Shown piece by piece: positions 11,130 through 21,342 of a DNA stretch of 64,000 bases; within the stretch, counting starts at the first letter, position 1; each line of letters begins with the position of its first letter. The notes under the pieces were generated by a model. That model ran no database searches, was not told where the DNA came from, and was given only the letters and a program-made list of their open reading frames with translations. The DNA is from a virus (lineage: Duplodnaviria; Caudoviricetes): positions 1 through 64,000 of IMG/VR virus record IMGVR_UViG_3300026549_000054; one strand, 5' to 3'. The position numbers were made by a program, and so were the translations under genes.

Positions 11130-11788
11130 TACGAGCCTGAGCTTGGTGTAGGCACTGCATCTACATGTGTATATCCATCTGCAACATTACCAAATACTCT
11201 TACTTGTATATATCTTTCTTTATCAAAGAATTCTGGATGTTCAGTACCTTCTATGGTTATAAAATGTGGATAAACCCAATCAATACTTTGTGTAATTGGA
11301 ATATTCTCTTCATCTGTACCATAATAATTATATAACATAATATGTACTTTAACATCTTGTCCAGCAACCTCTAATATAAAATTAGTTGCTTCATTTTCCG
11401 ATTCTTTATCTATATAAACAATAATAACTAAATATTGAGCTTGTCCTATATCTTCATCAGTTACTCTTTCATCAAATTGTATTTTTACAACTGAATTATT
11501 ATTAACATGTTGTTCTGGTGTTATACCCCCAGATATACTGGCTTTGTTAAGTATTCTTTCTTCATAAGTCATTCCCTTTTGAGCATTAGACCAAACAACA
11601 GTATCAGAACTATTAACAGTTAATACTTGATTACGATGTTGATCTGAACCTACAGGTGGCAATTTATCACCAACAACTTCTGATAATAATTTCTTACCGC
11701 CAGGTGTTTGTTCATCAAGGCCATCAACGATTAAATAACCATCTTGACCAGCGAAATCATCGTATTCTTTAATTGCTTTACTTTCCAT
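11129..11788 (-). CDS. putative virion structural protein
   Basis: N-terminal module (DGYLIVDG..KKLLSEVVGDK) shared with 11818..14226. Confidence 0.45.
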   Translation of the reverse strand: MESKAIKEYDDFAGQDGYLIVDGLDEQTPGGKKLLSEVVGDKLPPVGSDQHRNQVLTVNSSDTVVWSNAQKGMTYEERILNKASISGGITPEQHVNNNSVVKIQFDERVTDEDIGQAQYLVIIVYIDKESENEATNFILEVAGQDVKVHIMLYNYYGTDEENIPITQSIDWVYPHFITIEGTEHPEFFDKERYIQVRVFGNVADGYTHVDAVPTPSSGS

Positions 11789-11817
11789 TTTTTTTTTATT
11801 ATCTCCTTTATTTTAAA

Positions 11818-14226
11818 TTATTCTCCGACTGTTATTGTATTACCATTAACTGTTGGTTGAATGCCATTAACTGTGAAACCATCACTGCCTTGTGCAGCTT
11901 CCAATGCAGCTATTCTATCTTCCAAGCTCTTAATGTAAGTATAGAGTGGAGTCAAATCAGCTATACCATTTGTAACAAACGAAGTTGTACTATTGTCTGC
12001 AGAAGTAATTATTACATCAGTAACAACATACCCGGCAGAAGTTTGAAGATTTGTAGCACTAGCTACCCCATTCCAATCTACAACAAAAGCATCTGAGCGA
12101 GCATTTTCGGTTGTACCATTACCAACAACGAACAAAGGATTGTCTGTTCGTGTTTTTATGTTGTATCTACCAACAACTGTTTCGCTAATAGTTTTAGCAA
12201 TAGTGTATGCACCAGCTGCATGAGAATAATTACCTTCTGCAGTAGTACCAATACCCTCAGCGTGAGAGTAAGCACCTTTAGCTTGTGTAAGATAACCTTC
12301 AGCATGGGATGCTTGTGATGCGGCTGTAGTATGAAAACCTTCAGCTTGAGATTCATTAGAAACAGCTATACAAGAATCACCACAAGCAAATGAATTATCA
12401 CCATTTGCAGTACAAGCAGAACCAAAAGCAACAGCATTTGTTCCATTCGTAATACATCTTGTACCAAATATAAATGATAATGAGCGACTTGCAGTATTTG
12501 CATTACCAAAAACAAATGATAAATCTTTAGTTACACTATTACCAATACCAAATGCTACTGCATATCCACTATTCGGACCTCTAACATTATTTAATTTTCC
12601 ATAAGCAAAAGCATTATATGCTGTATTAGCAGAACCAATAGCAACACCAGCTTGGTCTCCAGTAACAGTATTATTTAAACCAAAAGCAAAGGCATAAGTA
12701 TTAGCAGAGTTTCCCTGTCCACCAGCTATTGAAAATTCAGTAGCACTATTTTGATTACCAAATGTTAATGAATAGTTACCGGCAGATGTATTATCACCTA
12801 ATGCTACACCATTAGTTCCAAAAGCATTATTATCTTTACCAATAGCAACAGACCAATGTTGTGTAGCCTTATTTCTTAAACCAACTGCGAATGATTCACT
12901 TCCAGTTGCCGAATTAGAATTACCTAAAGCAATACTATGGTCTCCAGTAGATTTGTTGCTATTACCCATAGCAATAGAACGTGGTCCTGATGCTGTATTA
13001 GCATTACCAGCACCAAATGAATGTGAACCATTTACAGTATTAGTTTGTCCTAAAGCAACAGAATATGTACCATTAGCAGAGTTATCCCAACCATAAGCAA
13101 ATGATGTTGTAGCCAAATTTCCTACACCCAAGGCAACCGCATTATTATCAGCAGTATTACTATAACCAATGGCTACTGAATTTTGTGTACAAGCTATATT
13201 TGAATTACCAATAGCAACAGATTTTAATTCGGCTTTATTATTTTGTCCTACTGTTAATGAGTATTTCCAAGCACTATTACTTGTACCTTGTGCCAAAGAA
13301 TTATTATATGCTGTATTAACAGAACCTTGTGCTAATGAAATATCAGTTGCTTTATTAGTTGAACCCTGTGCGAATGAATTATCGCTAGCTGTATTACTAA
13401 TACCCTGAGCAAATGATTTATTTTCAGCAGAAATACTTTGACCCTGACCTAATGAACCTGAATTAGCAGTGACAGAGCCACCTTGTGCAAATGAATAATC
13501 TTTAGCAAATGAACCAGCACCCTGTGCTAATGACATAGCACTAGCATAAGTTCCACCACCCTGGGCATTAGAACAGTTAATAGCTGTACTTTCACCACCC
13601 TGTGCTACTGAACACATAATAGAAGAACAACCACCACCTTGAGCAATAGAAGTACTTCTAGCTGTATTATTACTACCTTGTGTAAATGAGTTTGATTCCG
13701 AAGTATTAGCACTACCTATTGTACATTCACTGGCACTCAATGGAACATAATTATCTTCAACCCAAACTTTAGCTTCATCTAAAGCATATCCACTAGCTTC
13801 TTCAATGACTTCTGTCCAGTCGGATTCTGTTTCCCAAATACCTGAATTGGTTAAAACAGTATTATAAACATCATTCCAATCGTCAGCACTAATAGGCTGA
13901 TGTTCGGTTAAATAACCTTGATTTTCTACCCATTCTTGTGTAGCATATTCATCAAGATTTTGGTGAGCTGTCAAGAAATTTCCACTAACAGTACTAAATG
14001 ATGTAGTGTCTAATTTTCCAGTTATATCTTCATCAACAAGATAATCTCCTTTTTCTTGATATAAACTATCACCTTGTTCTTTCGTTAAAAACGAACTTGT
14101 TTTATCACCAACAAGTTCACTCAATTTTTTATCACTTCTACAAACTACACCGTTATCATATAAGACAGTATAACCATCATCAGTCGGAGGTAGTTTGTCA
14201 AAAGGAACTGCACTTAATTCTGCCAT
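11818..14226 (-). CDS. tail fibre/adhesin with YadA/Hep-Hag-like beta-roll head repeats
   Basis: Dozens of 13-14-residue repeats (SFAQGxxNTA, SVAIGxxNxA, SHAEGxxTxA); FVVGNGT...RSDAF motif; C-terminal coiled coil LEDRIAALE. Confidence 0.85.
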   Translation of the reverse strand: MAELSAVPFDKLPPTDDGYTVLYDNGVVCRSDKKLSELVGDKTSSFLTKEQGDSLYQEKGDYLVDEDITGKLDTTSFSTVSGNFLTAHQNLDEYATQEWVENQGYLTEHQPISADDWNDVYNTVLTNSGIWETESDWTEVIEEASGYALDEAKVWVEDNYVPLSASECTIGSANTSESNSFTQGSNNTARSTSIAQGGGCSSIMCSVAQGGESTAINCSNAQGGGTYASAMSLAQGAGSFAKDYSFAQGGSVTANSGSLGQGQSISAENKSFAQGISNTASDNSFAQGSTNKATDISLAQGSVNTAYNNSLAQGTSNSAWKYSLTVGQNNKAELKSVAIGNSNIACTQNSVAIGYSNTADNNAVALGVGNLATTSFAYGWDNSANGTYSVALGQTNTVNGSHSFGAGNANTASGPRSIAMGNSNKSTGDHSIALGNSNSATGSESFAVGLRNKATQHWSVAIGKDNNAFGTNGVALGDNTSAGNYSLTFGNQNSATEFSIAGGQGNSANTYAFAFGLNNTVTGDQAGVAIGSANTAYNAFAYGKLNNVRGPNSGYAVAFGIGNSVTKDLSFVFGNANTASRSLSFIFGTRCITNGTNAVAFGSACTANGDNSFACGDSCIAVSNESQAEGFHTTAASQASHAEGYLTQAKGAYSHAEGIGTTAEGNYSHAAGAYTIAKTISETVVGRYNIKTRTDNPLFVVGNGTTENARSDAFVVDWNGVASATNLQTSAGYVVTDVIITSADNSTTSFVTNGIADLTPLYTYIKSLEDRIAALEAAQGSDGFTVNGIQPTVNGNTITVGE

Positions 14227-14227
14227 A

Positions 14228-14767
14228 TTAAATCCTCAACGCAACACCATTAAAACTAATTATATCACTATTTTCATTAGACAATACATTAACATATTCG
14301 GTTGGTTCAGGTTCACTATCATCATAAATGAAGCCAACACACGAAACTTTAACTTTTGAAGTTAAACATTCTCCTGTAGGAATAAATTTATATTGGTTAC
14401 CTGGTGCATCATTCATAAAATTATAGCACAAATTATGAGTTTCATTTGTCTTATAACCTTCTATGATATGATTAGCTGATACACCATTTACAGACATTGT
14501 TCCACTATAAACAAAATCTACACAGGGATTTTGTGGTGGATTTACATTATAAGTATAAGAAACATTAAAAAACTTTACAGCACTATTTGCACTTAATGTA
14601 TTACCATTCCAAGTAAAGTATGGACTTGGATTCGTGTCAGAGAAATAAACAGCACGATTTAATAAATCCTGATTAACACCAAGTGGCTTAAATACACCAT
14701 CACCTGATAATGTTTTATCGTGATTTACTTGGTCTATCGCAATTATTTTTCCACCACTTACTAGCAT
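14228..14767 (-). CDS. putative fibre-associated structural protein
   Basis: HDKTLSGDG motif resembles HDETLTGQG in 2774..5122; late promoter at 14787-14794. Confidence 0.45.
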   Translation of the reverse strand: MLVSGGKIIAIDQVNHDKTLSGDGVFKPLGVNQDLLNRAVYFSDTNPSPYFTWNGNTLSANSAVKFFNVSYTYNVNPPQNPCVDFVYSGTMSVNGVSANHIIEGYKTNETHNLCYNFMNDAPGNQYKFIPTGECLTSKVKVSCVGFIYDDSEPEPTEYVNVLSNENSDIISFNGVALRI

Positions 14768-14808
14768 TTAAAAACCTCTCTACTACTATTTATGACTTTC
14801 TGCGAAGT

Positions 14809-15147
14809 TTAGATAAAATCTTCGTTCATCTCTTTTAGTTTTTCGTCTAGTTTCTTGTGTTTGAAACCAGGAATACAATCGTCATAAATGTGGTTAATGA
14901 AACGATTAAAACCAGTCAAGATAAAACCAGTATCTCTATGATACTTTCCTTCGTGCCACCAATTTATTCTCCATATAGGATTTGCGGAAAATTCCAACTC
15001 GCCAAAAATGGCAGTGTCATTCAGACCCACCATATACCAATTATGGTATTCGTCATTTCCCGAGTATCGTTCGCCACCTAGAATACATTTAAATCCTAGT
15101 TTCTTCAGTTTCTCCAGGATTTCCTGTTCTATTTCGGGATTGTTCAT
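14809..15147 (-). CDS. small protein, C-terminal 'DF' family
   Basis: Likely start at ATG 15147 (SD GGAGG); ends KLKEMNEDFI. Confidence 0.6.
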   Translation of the reverse strand: MNNPEIEQEILEKLKKLGFKCILGGERYSGNDEYHNWYMVGLNDTAIFGELEFSANPIWRINWWHEGKYHRDTGFILTGFNRFINHIYDDCIPGFKHKKLDEKLKEMNEDFI

Positions 15148-15283
15148 TTTTGTATTCCTCCCAAAATCGGTCAAATTCTTCTATCTGTTTGGCTAATTCG
15201 TCTTTATTGGCAGTCCCATATTTCGCAGATATACTTGTTGCCAAAAACTCCTGCCATTTATCTCTCAATTCGTTTATATCCAT
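15089..15283 (-). CDS. hypothetical protein
   Basis: 64-aa ORF directly after a CATAAATA late-type promoter. Confidence 0.4.
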   Translation of the reverse strand: MDINELRDKWQEFLATSISAKYGTANKDELAKQIEEFDRFWEEYKNEQSRNRTGNPGETEETRI

Positions 15284-15355
15284 AGTATATTTATGGAATG
15301 CGAAAGCTGCCCAGGAAACACCCCAGGCAGCTCGGTTTATAGGTTGTTAGTATGT

Positions 15356-15862
15356 TTACCCAACCAAGGATTTTCTGTCTTCTCTGGTCAGTAAGCGTTG
15401 ATTACTGGAACCTCTAAATGCTAAGGTCAAATCTTTCTTTTCTAAAATGAAAGGTCCGTCCACCAAAATGTCAACTGCGTCTAGTATCTCGTTTGTAACA
15501 TTTTCTAAACATTTCTTACCGCCATTTACCAAGTCCTTTTCGTAAACATATCCTGTAAACATCCACAATGTTTTGTCAGGACATTCTTCCTTAAACTTCT
15601 TAATAAATGACAATAATGCAGTTTGATTTTCTTCTTCCATTGGTTCACCACCAAGAATAGTTAGACCTGAAATGAAAGATTTTTTACAAGCTTCAATAAT
15701 TTCATTCTCCTGAATTGGAGTAAATTCTTCGCCATAATCAAAGTCCCAAGTTGCTTCATTGAAACAACCTTTACAATGGTTGCGACAGCCACTTACATAC
15801 AAACTAACTCTGACGCCCTGACCATTTGAAGAGTCAATAAGCTTTATATTTCCGTATTTCAT
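15356..15862 (-). CDS. nrdG: anaerobic ribonucleotide reductase activating protein
   Basis: NGQGVRVSLYVSGCRNHCKGCFN radical-SAM motif; GGEP; DGPF; FRGSSNQR. Confidence 0.97.
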   Translation of the reverse strand: MKYGNIKLIDSSNGQGVRVSLYVSGCRNHCKGCFNEATWDFDYGEEFTPIQENEIIEACKKSFISGLTILGGEPMEEENQTALLSFIKKFKEECPDKTLWMFTGYVYEKDLVNGGKKCLENVTNEILDAVDILVDGPFILEKKDLTLAFRGSSNQRLLTREDRKSLVG

Positions 15863-15863
15863 A

Positions 15864-16914
15864 TTATTTCCTCTTAAAACTATCTAAATAGGTTTTACCA
15901 TATTTATTTTTGATATAATCTTCATAGATTTTTGTATTTGTAATAATTTTTACATTATTCTTAATCATACACTGATGTTTTGCTTCATATTTAGCATCTT
16001 GTGTTCTATCAAATGGATTTATCATAGTTTCTTTTATATCATAATTTTTAAAGAACTGTAATCCTTTAATTTCAATATATTCATTTTCTACTTTAAAATC
16101 TGGTATGTAATAATAAAGTTTATTTTCATACAAATACTCAAATTTAACATTTGGCTGATATTCAAAATCTATGTTATTATCTTTTAACCAAATATAGTAA
16201 GCAATTTCAGGTTTGGAATCAAAATTTATATTTTCATACTTATATTTTGTGGCTTGTTTTCGTCTAACTAATGGATTTTGCGATGACCATTCAACTCCAA
16301 ATTTTTCTTTGTAATTTTTCTTAAATTTGGATTTAACCAATTCACTGGCGAATCCAATACCACCATTATTTTTTATATAATTTATTTTTGATTTTCTTTG
16401 TACTTCTTTAGAACTCATAGGCGAAATTCCGTCATAACGCTCTAAATTTGTTCGTTGAACTTTTTCTTTTAATACAGGGTTATTTAATGTATAACTTCCA
16501 CCATATCGTTCAAGCATCGTTTGTTGTGCTTGTTCTTTATTATTGTAGTTTTTATCACCATATAATTTAAGACAAGTTTCTTGTCTTTTTAATTTAGAAA
16601 TTTCTCTTTGTTCAGGTGTTTTATTTCTATTAGCCAATGAAATTTTAGCATTTATATCTTCCTGATGAAGTTTTCTGCTTGCTTGAACTTTTGCCGAAAT
16701 TTTGTTTTGTATTTCTACTGGTCTATTTGCTATTGTATTTGATACAGAACAACTATGGCACAAATTATTAAAATTCTTGTAGCATCGTGAACCGTTTATT
16801 TACTACAGTGCCACAATTTCTACAAGAATATGTAACAAAATCTTTTCTTTTTAATTTATTTTTAATTACTGTATATTCTTCTATACAGTTAATGTTATTA
16901 ACATCATATACCAT
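15864..16914 (-). mobile_element. free-standing homing endonuclease-like gene (PD-(D/E)xK nuclease with repeated TxLERYG DNA-binding repeats), frameshifted near 5' end
   Basis: ATG at 16914 with SD GGAG. CRNC is in one frame and CHSC in the next (frameshift about 16770-16805). Also contains ETCLKLYG/TMLERYG/TNLERYDG repeats and FDSKPE...YIPDF...IEIKG. Inserted between nrdD and nrdG. Confidence 0.7.
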
Positions 16915-17015
16915 TTCAATCTCCGTTTATTTAAAGACCAATTCCCGTTGGTCTAATTTTATTTATAAAAAGTTAGGTGGTCTGCGGGAACAGACCACCA
17001 ATCGCGGATTGAAAC
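16912..17015 (-). promoter_or_regulatory. structured RNA leader: two hairpins with complementary loops, RBS-sequestering helix and internal late promoter
   Basis: Inverted repeats at 16935-16954 and 16976-16999 with mutually complementary 6-nt loops; 17005-17015 complementary to 16913-16925; TATAAATA at 16960-16967. Confidence 0.65.
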
Positions 17016-17033
17016 ACGACTGTCCTTTATTTG

Positions 17034-19184
17034 TTATAGATGTAATACACGGTCATGAATGTCGCCCATGCGTCCCTGGCTCATCGCATTCGCATTCCCA
17101 AGGTACCCACAGATTCTTCTAACAACATTCATTCGGTCAATGTTTTCATTTCCACATTGTTCACAATGCCAAATTAGTTTTCCATCTTCATTACGTATCA
17201 TTCTAATTGTTCCCGTAGATCCGCAACAATGACACCAATCTAATTTGCAGTTTAGTTCTGCATACATTATGTTATCATAAATGTATTTAATAACACTAAG
17301 TACGGCTTCAACATTGTTTTCCATATTTGGAGTTTCAATGTAAGAAATAGCACCACCTGGAGAGAGTTTCTGTAATTCTGCTTCAATGTCAATCTTCTTG
17401 AAAGCATCAATCTTTTCAAAGACTGGTACGTGGTAGCTGTTGGTTACATAGTTTCTGTCTGTGATACCAGGAATAGTACCGAATCTACGCTGGAGACACT
17501 TAGCGAACTTTTCTGTTGTGTTTTCAATAGGTGTTCCATAAACAGAATAGTCAATCTTTTCTACAGTCTTCCAATCTCGGCACTTGTCATTCAACTTCTG
17601 CATAATCTTCTTGCCGAGTTCCATACCTTCATCATCGGTAATGGACTTGCCAATCAAAACCTTAACTGTTTCATAAAGACCAGCATAGCCAAGCGAAATA
17701 GTTGAGTAACCATTATAAAGTAATTTGTCAATGGTTTCACCCTTCTTCAAGCGAGCAAACGCACCATTCTGCCAAAGGATTGGGGCTACGTCGGACTTAA
17801 CACCACGCAAGTGTTCGTGACGAAGTCTCAATGCTCTATGGCACAATTCCAAACGTTGTTCCAAAATCCACCAGAACTTTTCCAAATCACCCTTAGCACT
17901 GAGAGCAACATCTGGCAAGTTAATGGTAACAACACCCTGGTTAAATCTACCATAATACTTTGGCTTTTTTGTCTTAGGGTCACGATATGGAGTCAAGAAT
18001 GAACGGCAACCCATACAAGGATAGCAATCGCCTTCTTCACCCTTCTTACTGACTTTAAGTTTCTTCATAACCTTTTCGGAAATGTAGTCAGGAACCATTC
18101 TCTTTGTTGTACATTCAGCAGCTAGTTTAGTCAAGTAATAATACTTGTCACCTTCGTGAATGTTATCTTCTTCAAGTACATACAAGAGTTTTGGGAATGG
18201 GTTAGCATAGTACTGTCCATTTTCGTTCTTAACACCTTTGATTCTCTGCTTGAGGATTTCTTCAATTACCAAAGCAAGATTTTCTTTTTCTTCTTCATTT
18301 TCTGCTTCATTCAAATACAAGCAAACAGAAACGAAAGGAGTTTGACCGTTAGTGGTCTGTAATGTGAGGATTTGATACTGGAGTGTCTGAACACCATCAC
18401 GAATATCCTTCTTAACCAAGTCTTCAATCTGGGCATCGGTCAATGTTGGGTATTCTTTCTTGAAGTATTCTCTTGCTACATTGATAAATTTAGACAAATG
18501 AGATGCTGTGATAGTTTGTCCACCATACTGAGAACTTGCAACTTGTGCTACGATTTGAGAAGCGATGTTGCAAGCATTTCTAAATGTGTGTGGTTTGTCA
18601 ATTTGGGTACCGGAAATGATAGTACCATTCTGTAACATATCATCCAAATTAATCAAGCAGCAGTTATGGATTGGCATAGCGAAGTAATCCATATCGTGAA
18701 AGTGAATAATACCTTCTTTGTGAGCATCATAAATGTCGCTTGGAATTAAATAACGCTGGGATATATCCTTAGAAACTTCACCAGCCATATAATCACGCAT
18801 TGTGCTTACAATGTTAGGATTCTTATTAGCATTTTCCTGTTGGATGTCTTCGTTTTCACCATTCAACAATGACAATACTCGGTCATCAATAGTGTTCTTT
18901 CTTTCTTCAAGTGCCTTTTGATAACGGAATGTAATATATTCAGTAGCGACTTCGTATTTGCCAGCTTTCATAATTGCGGTTTCTACCATCTTTTGGATGT
19001 CTTTATATCCAATAGCAACAGGTGAAACCTTACAAGTATCTTCAATGGACTTGGCTATATCTTTGATTTCCTGAACAGTTAGTCTTTCGTCAATTCTAAC
19101 TTTTTCATTCGCTCTTGATATAGCCTCTACGATATTCTGTCGGTTGAAAGTAACTTCCGAACCATTACGCTTTCTTATTTTCAT
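17034..19184 (-). CDS. nrdD: class III anaerobic ribonucleoside-triphosphate reductase with N-terminal ATP cone
   Basis: KRNGS ATP cone, IHFHDMDY, HNCCL, MGCRSFL, C-terminal Zn CxxC pairs and RRICGYLG glycyl-radical motif. Confidence 0.98.
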   Translation of the reverse strand: MKIRKRNGSEVTFNRQNIVEAISRANEKVRIDERLTVQEIKDIAKSIEDTCKVSPVAIGYKDIQKMVETAIMKAGKYEVATEYITFRYQKALEERKNTIDDRVLSLLNGENEDIQQENANKNPNIVSTMRDYMAGEVSKDISQRYLIPSDIYDAHKEGIIHFHDMDYFAMPIHNCCLINLDDMLQNGTIISGTQIDKPHTFRNACNIASQIVAQVASSQYGGQTITASHLSKFINVAREYFKKEYPTLTDAQIEDLVKKDIRDGVQTLQYQILTLQTTNGQTPFVSVCLYLNEAENEEEKENLALVIEEILKQRIKGVKNENGQYYANPFPKLLYVLEEDNIHEGDKYYYLTKLAAECTTKRMVPDYISEKVMKKLKVSKKGEEGDCYPCMGCRSFLTPYRDPKTKKPKYYGRFNQGVVTINLPDVALSAKGDLEKFWWILEQRLELCHRALRLRHEHLRGVKSDVAPILWQNGAFARLKKGETIDKLLYNGYSTISLGYAGLYETVKVLIGKSITDDEGMELGKKIMQKLNDKCRDWKTVEKIDYSVYGTPIENTTEKFAKCLQRRFGTIPGITDRNYVTNSYHVPVFEKIDAFKKIDIEAELQKLSPGGAISYIETPNMENNVEAVLSVIKYIYDNIMYAELNCKLDWCHCCGSTGTIRMIRNEDGKLIWHCEQCGNENIDRMNVVRRICGYLGNANAMSQGRMGDIHDRVLHL

Positions 19185-19279
19185 ATAACCTCTTTTTATA
19201 ACCTACTTAATAAACTCAAATCAAATTTTTGTTTTTCTCTAAATTGGTATTAGTATTTATAATTTTACCAAATATAGAA

Positions 19280-19305
19280 AAAGGACCCACTTGCGAGGGT
19301 CCTTT
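19280..19305 (-). terminator. Rho-independent terminator
   Basis: AAAGGACCC-N8-GGGTCCTTT hairpin with T tract after 19334..20200. Confidence 0.75.
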
Positions 19306-19333
19306 CAATTTTTTATTAGTTTGTTTGAACTTA

Positions 19334-20200
19334 TTATTCGTCTTCGCCGAAGAAGCGTGCAGCACGGTCCATAAAATCGTCTGCATATGTTGGCTTCTTT
19401 GGTGGTTCAGCAGGAGTTTCTGTTGGAGCTGCAGCTGGAGCTGGGTCCTGTGTCTGGGTAGCTGTATCTACATTACCCTTAATCTCCGTGTCTGGCGCAG
19501 TACGTGTGCGAATTCCATCATTGACATTTGGGTTTGTCTTTGGGCGAACCAATGGTCTCTGGGCACGTCCTGGAACGGTACGGGCAGGTCTATCGTTTCC
19601 ACCATCTACTGGGGCATCAACAGGGCGACGGGTTGGTCTGCGTGGAGTATCGTCATCGCCATCTGCTCTACGAACTTCAAAACCATTGTCACGGGCTACT
19701 TGTTTAGCCTGGTCAAGTTTTGACATCTTACGAATAGTAAATCCATTTTCTTCTGCGGTACGAATAGCAGCACCCAACTTTTCGTCATCGTTCATTTCTC
19801 TACGAGGAGCGGGACGAGCAGCGCGGCGTGGTTCATAATCGTAATCTTCTTCACGATAAGAACGGGTTGGACGCTGAGCTGGACGACGTGGTTCGTCATC
19901 ATAGTCATCTTCAACCTTACGGGAAGGACGAGCTGTTCTTCTTGGCTCATAATCTTCTTCGTCATATTCACGCTGACGGAGTGGCTTAAAGCGACGTGGT
20001 TGTTCGTCTTCTGCTACAGTATCACGAAATCGTGGTGCCTGACGAGCTGGACGATAATCATCGTTACCTTCTTTTTCCACTTCTCTACGGGTGCGGAAAC
20101 GGTTCAAATCTCTTTCATCTCTATCTCTAGGTGGAAGGACTGTATAACCATTTCTTTCAACTGTTCTACGAGCAGTTCTTAATGTATCTCTATCTATCAT
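19334..20200 (-). CDS. Arg/Asp/Pro-rich low-complexity protein, possible head internal protein
   Basis: DYEPRR/RRPA repeats; three AxxxxxxNG(Y/F)xV motifs. Confidence 0.6.
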   Translation of the reverse strand: MIDRDTLRTARRTVERNGYTVLPPRDRDERDLNRFRTRREVEKEGNDDYRPARQAPRFRDTVAEDEQPRRFKPLRQREYDEEDYEPRRTARPSRKVEDDYDDEPRRPAQRPTRSYREEDYDYEPRRAARPAPRREMNDDEKLGAAIRTAEENGFTIRKMSKLDQAKQVARDNGFEVRRADGDDDTPRRPTRRPVDAPVDGGNDRPARTVPGRAQRPLVRPKTNPNVNDGIRTRTAPDTEIKGNVDTATQTQDPAPAAAPTETPAEPPKKPTYADDFMDRAARFFGEDE

Positions 20201-20319
20201 ATTATTTCACCTCACAAATTTGTTTTTGGTATGTTAAATTTAGAATAATAGTTTATGTATAATAAACATTTTTAAAAATTTTGAACTTAGTTATTGTGTC
20301 TGTCTAATTAGATTATGTA

Positions 20320-21342
20320 TTATCCAACAGTAACGTGTTTTGAACCTAAAGCAAAATCAACATTATACTTATCACATATATTACCGATTTCAATTTCATC
20401 ATCTCTTGTAATACCATCAGTATAAATTGTATCACCATCAGCAGATATACCAAAGTATTCTTCTAATTCGGCTAATGCTTTTTGTTTATTTGATAAACGA
20501 GCTTCATTTACTTTATTTTCTGTAATGGAGAAAGCATTACTTTCACGAGGTTTTACTGCTTGTGGGTAATTTGTTCTAGCATAGTTTACTACACTTTCGG
20601 CGACATTAAACCAAGAAGGTTCGCCATTGTCATATTCCTGCTTAATGAAGTCCTTAATATAAGTTCCTAATTCTTTAATCTTGTCGGTTTCAATTCGTTT
20701 GTCAAGATACTTAAAGACATTTTCTTTCCACTGAGTATATGTTTCTCCATCAGTCATTCCATCGTCTTTAGTTTCAGTTTCTGTACTTTCATATAAATCA
20801 GATACAGGTTCATCAGATAATTCTACATTATCAACTGGATATACAACAACTTCCTCAACAAGGTCCATATTTAAACGATTTTCAATCATTTCTTTAAGTT
20901 TTTGAATGGAAGATTTATGAGCAGGAGCTGTAGCATATTTAATTACACCATTTCCTTTATATGGAGTAATACGAATAGCGAACTTGCAAGTTGGTAAATC
21001 TCTTAACGAAGTTTCAACAAGGTTTTCATTCATATCTTCGTCAAAACTATCCTGTGGATAATCGGCAAAAGCTTGTAATTGTTCAGGAGTGTATTCTTCA
21101 TCTTCTTCAACATTTGTCTTGTCAAAGAAGTCATCAAATTTTTCACAAATTGTATTAGCAGTATCTTCAATGGAAGCGTCATCATTAAAACCTTGTTCTA
21201 TTTCGTCCTGGAAATAAAGGTCAATGTTTTTATATTTGGAACTTTTTGCCAAACAAGTATGATAAACTTCTTCCTGATACTGCATTAAAGAATAACCAGA
21301 TTCTTTAAGGTATTGTTTGAATGTTGTGTTTTCGTTTATCAT
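20320..21342 (-). CDS. acidic hypothetical protein, probable head internal protein
   Basis: TFKQYLKESGY N-terminus; multiple (L/I/V)xE sites; downstream of prohead protease. Confidence 0.5.
   Translation of the reverse strand: MINENTTFKQYLKESGYSLMQYQEEVYHTCLAKSSKYKNIDLYFQDEIEQGFNDDASIEDTANTICEKFDDFFDKTNVEEDEEYTPEQLQAFADYPQDSFDEDMNENLVETSLRDLPTCKFAIRITPYKGNGVIKYATAPAHKSSIQKLKEMIENRLNMDLVEEVVVYPVDNVELSDEPVSDLYESTETETKDDGMTDGETYTQWKENVFKYLDKRIETDKIKELGTYIKDFIKQEYDNGEPSWFNVAESVVNYARTNYPQAVKPRESNAFSITENKVNEARLSNKQKALAELEEYFGISADGDTIYTDGITRDDEIEIGNICDKYNVDFALGSKHVTVG

Noticed and set aside
2774-14226. Diversity-generating retroelement targeting the fibres
   Set aside because: No reverse transcriptase and no TR/VR pair differing at adenines seen in the window.
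17034-19184. Intron or intein within nrdD
   Set aside because: The ORF is continuous, of normal length and has all motifs; the endonuclease is free-standing downstream.
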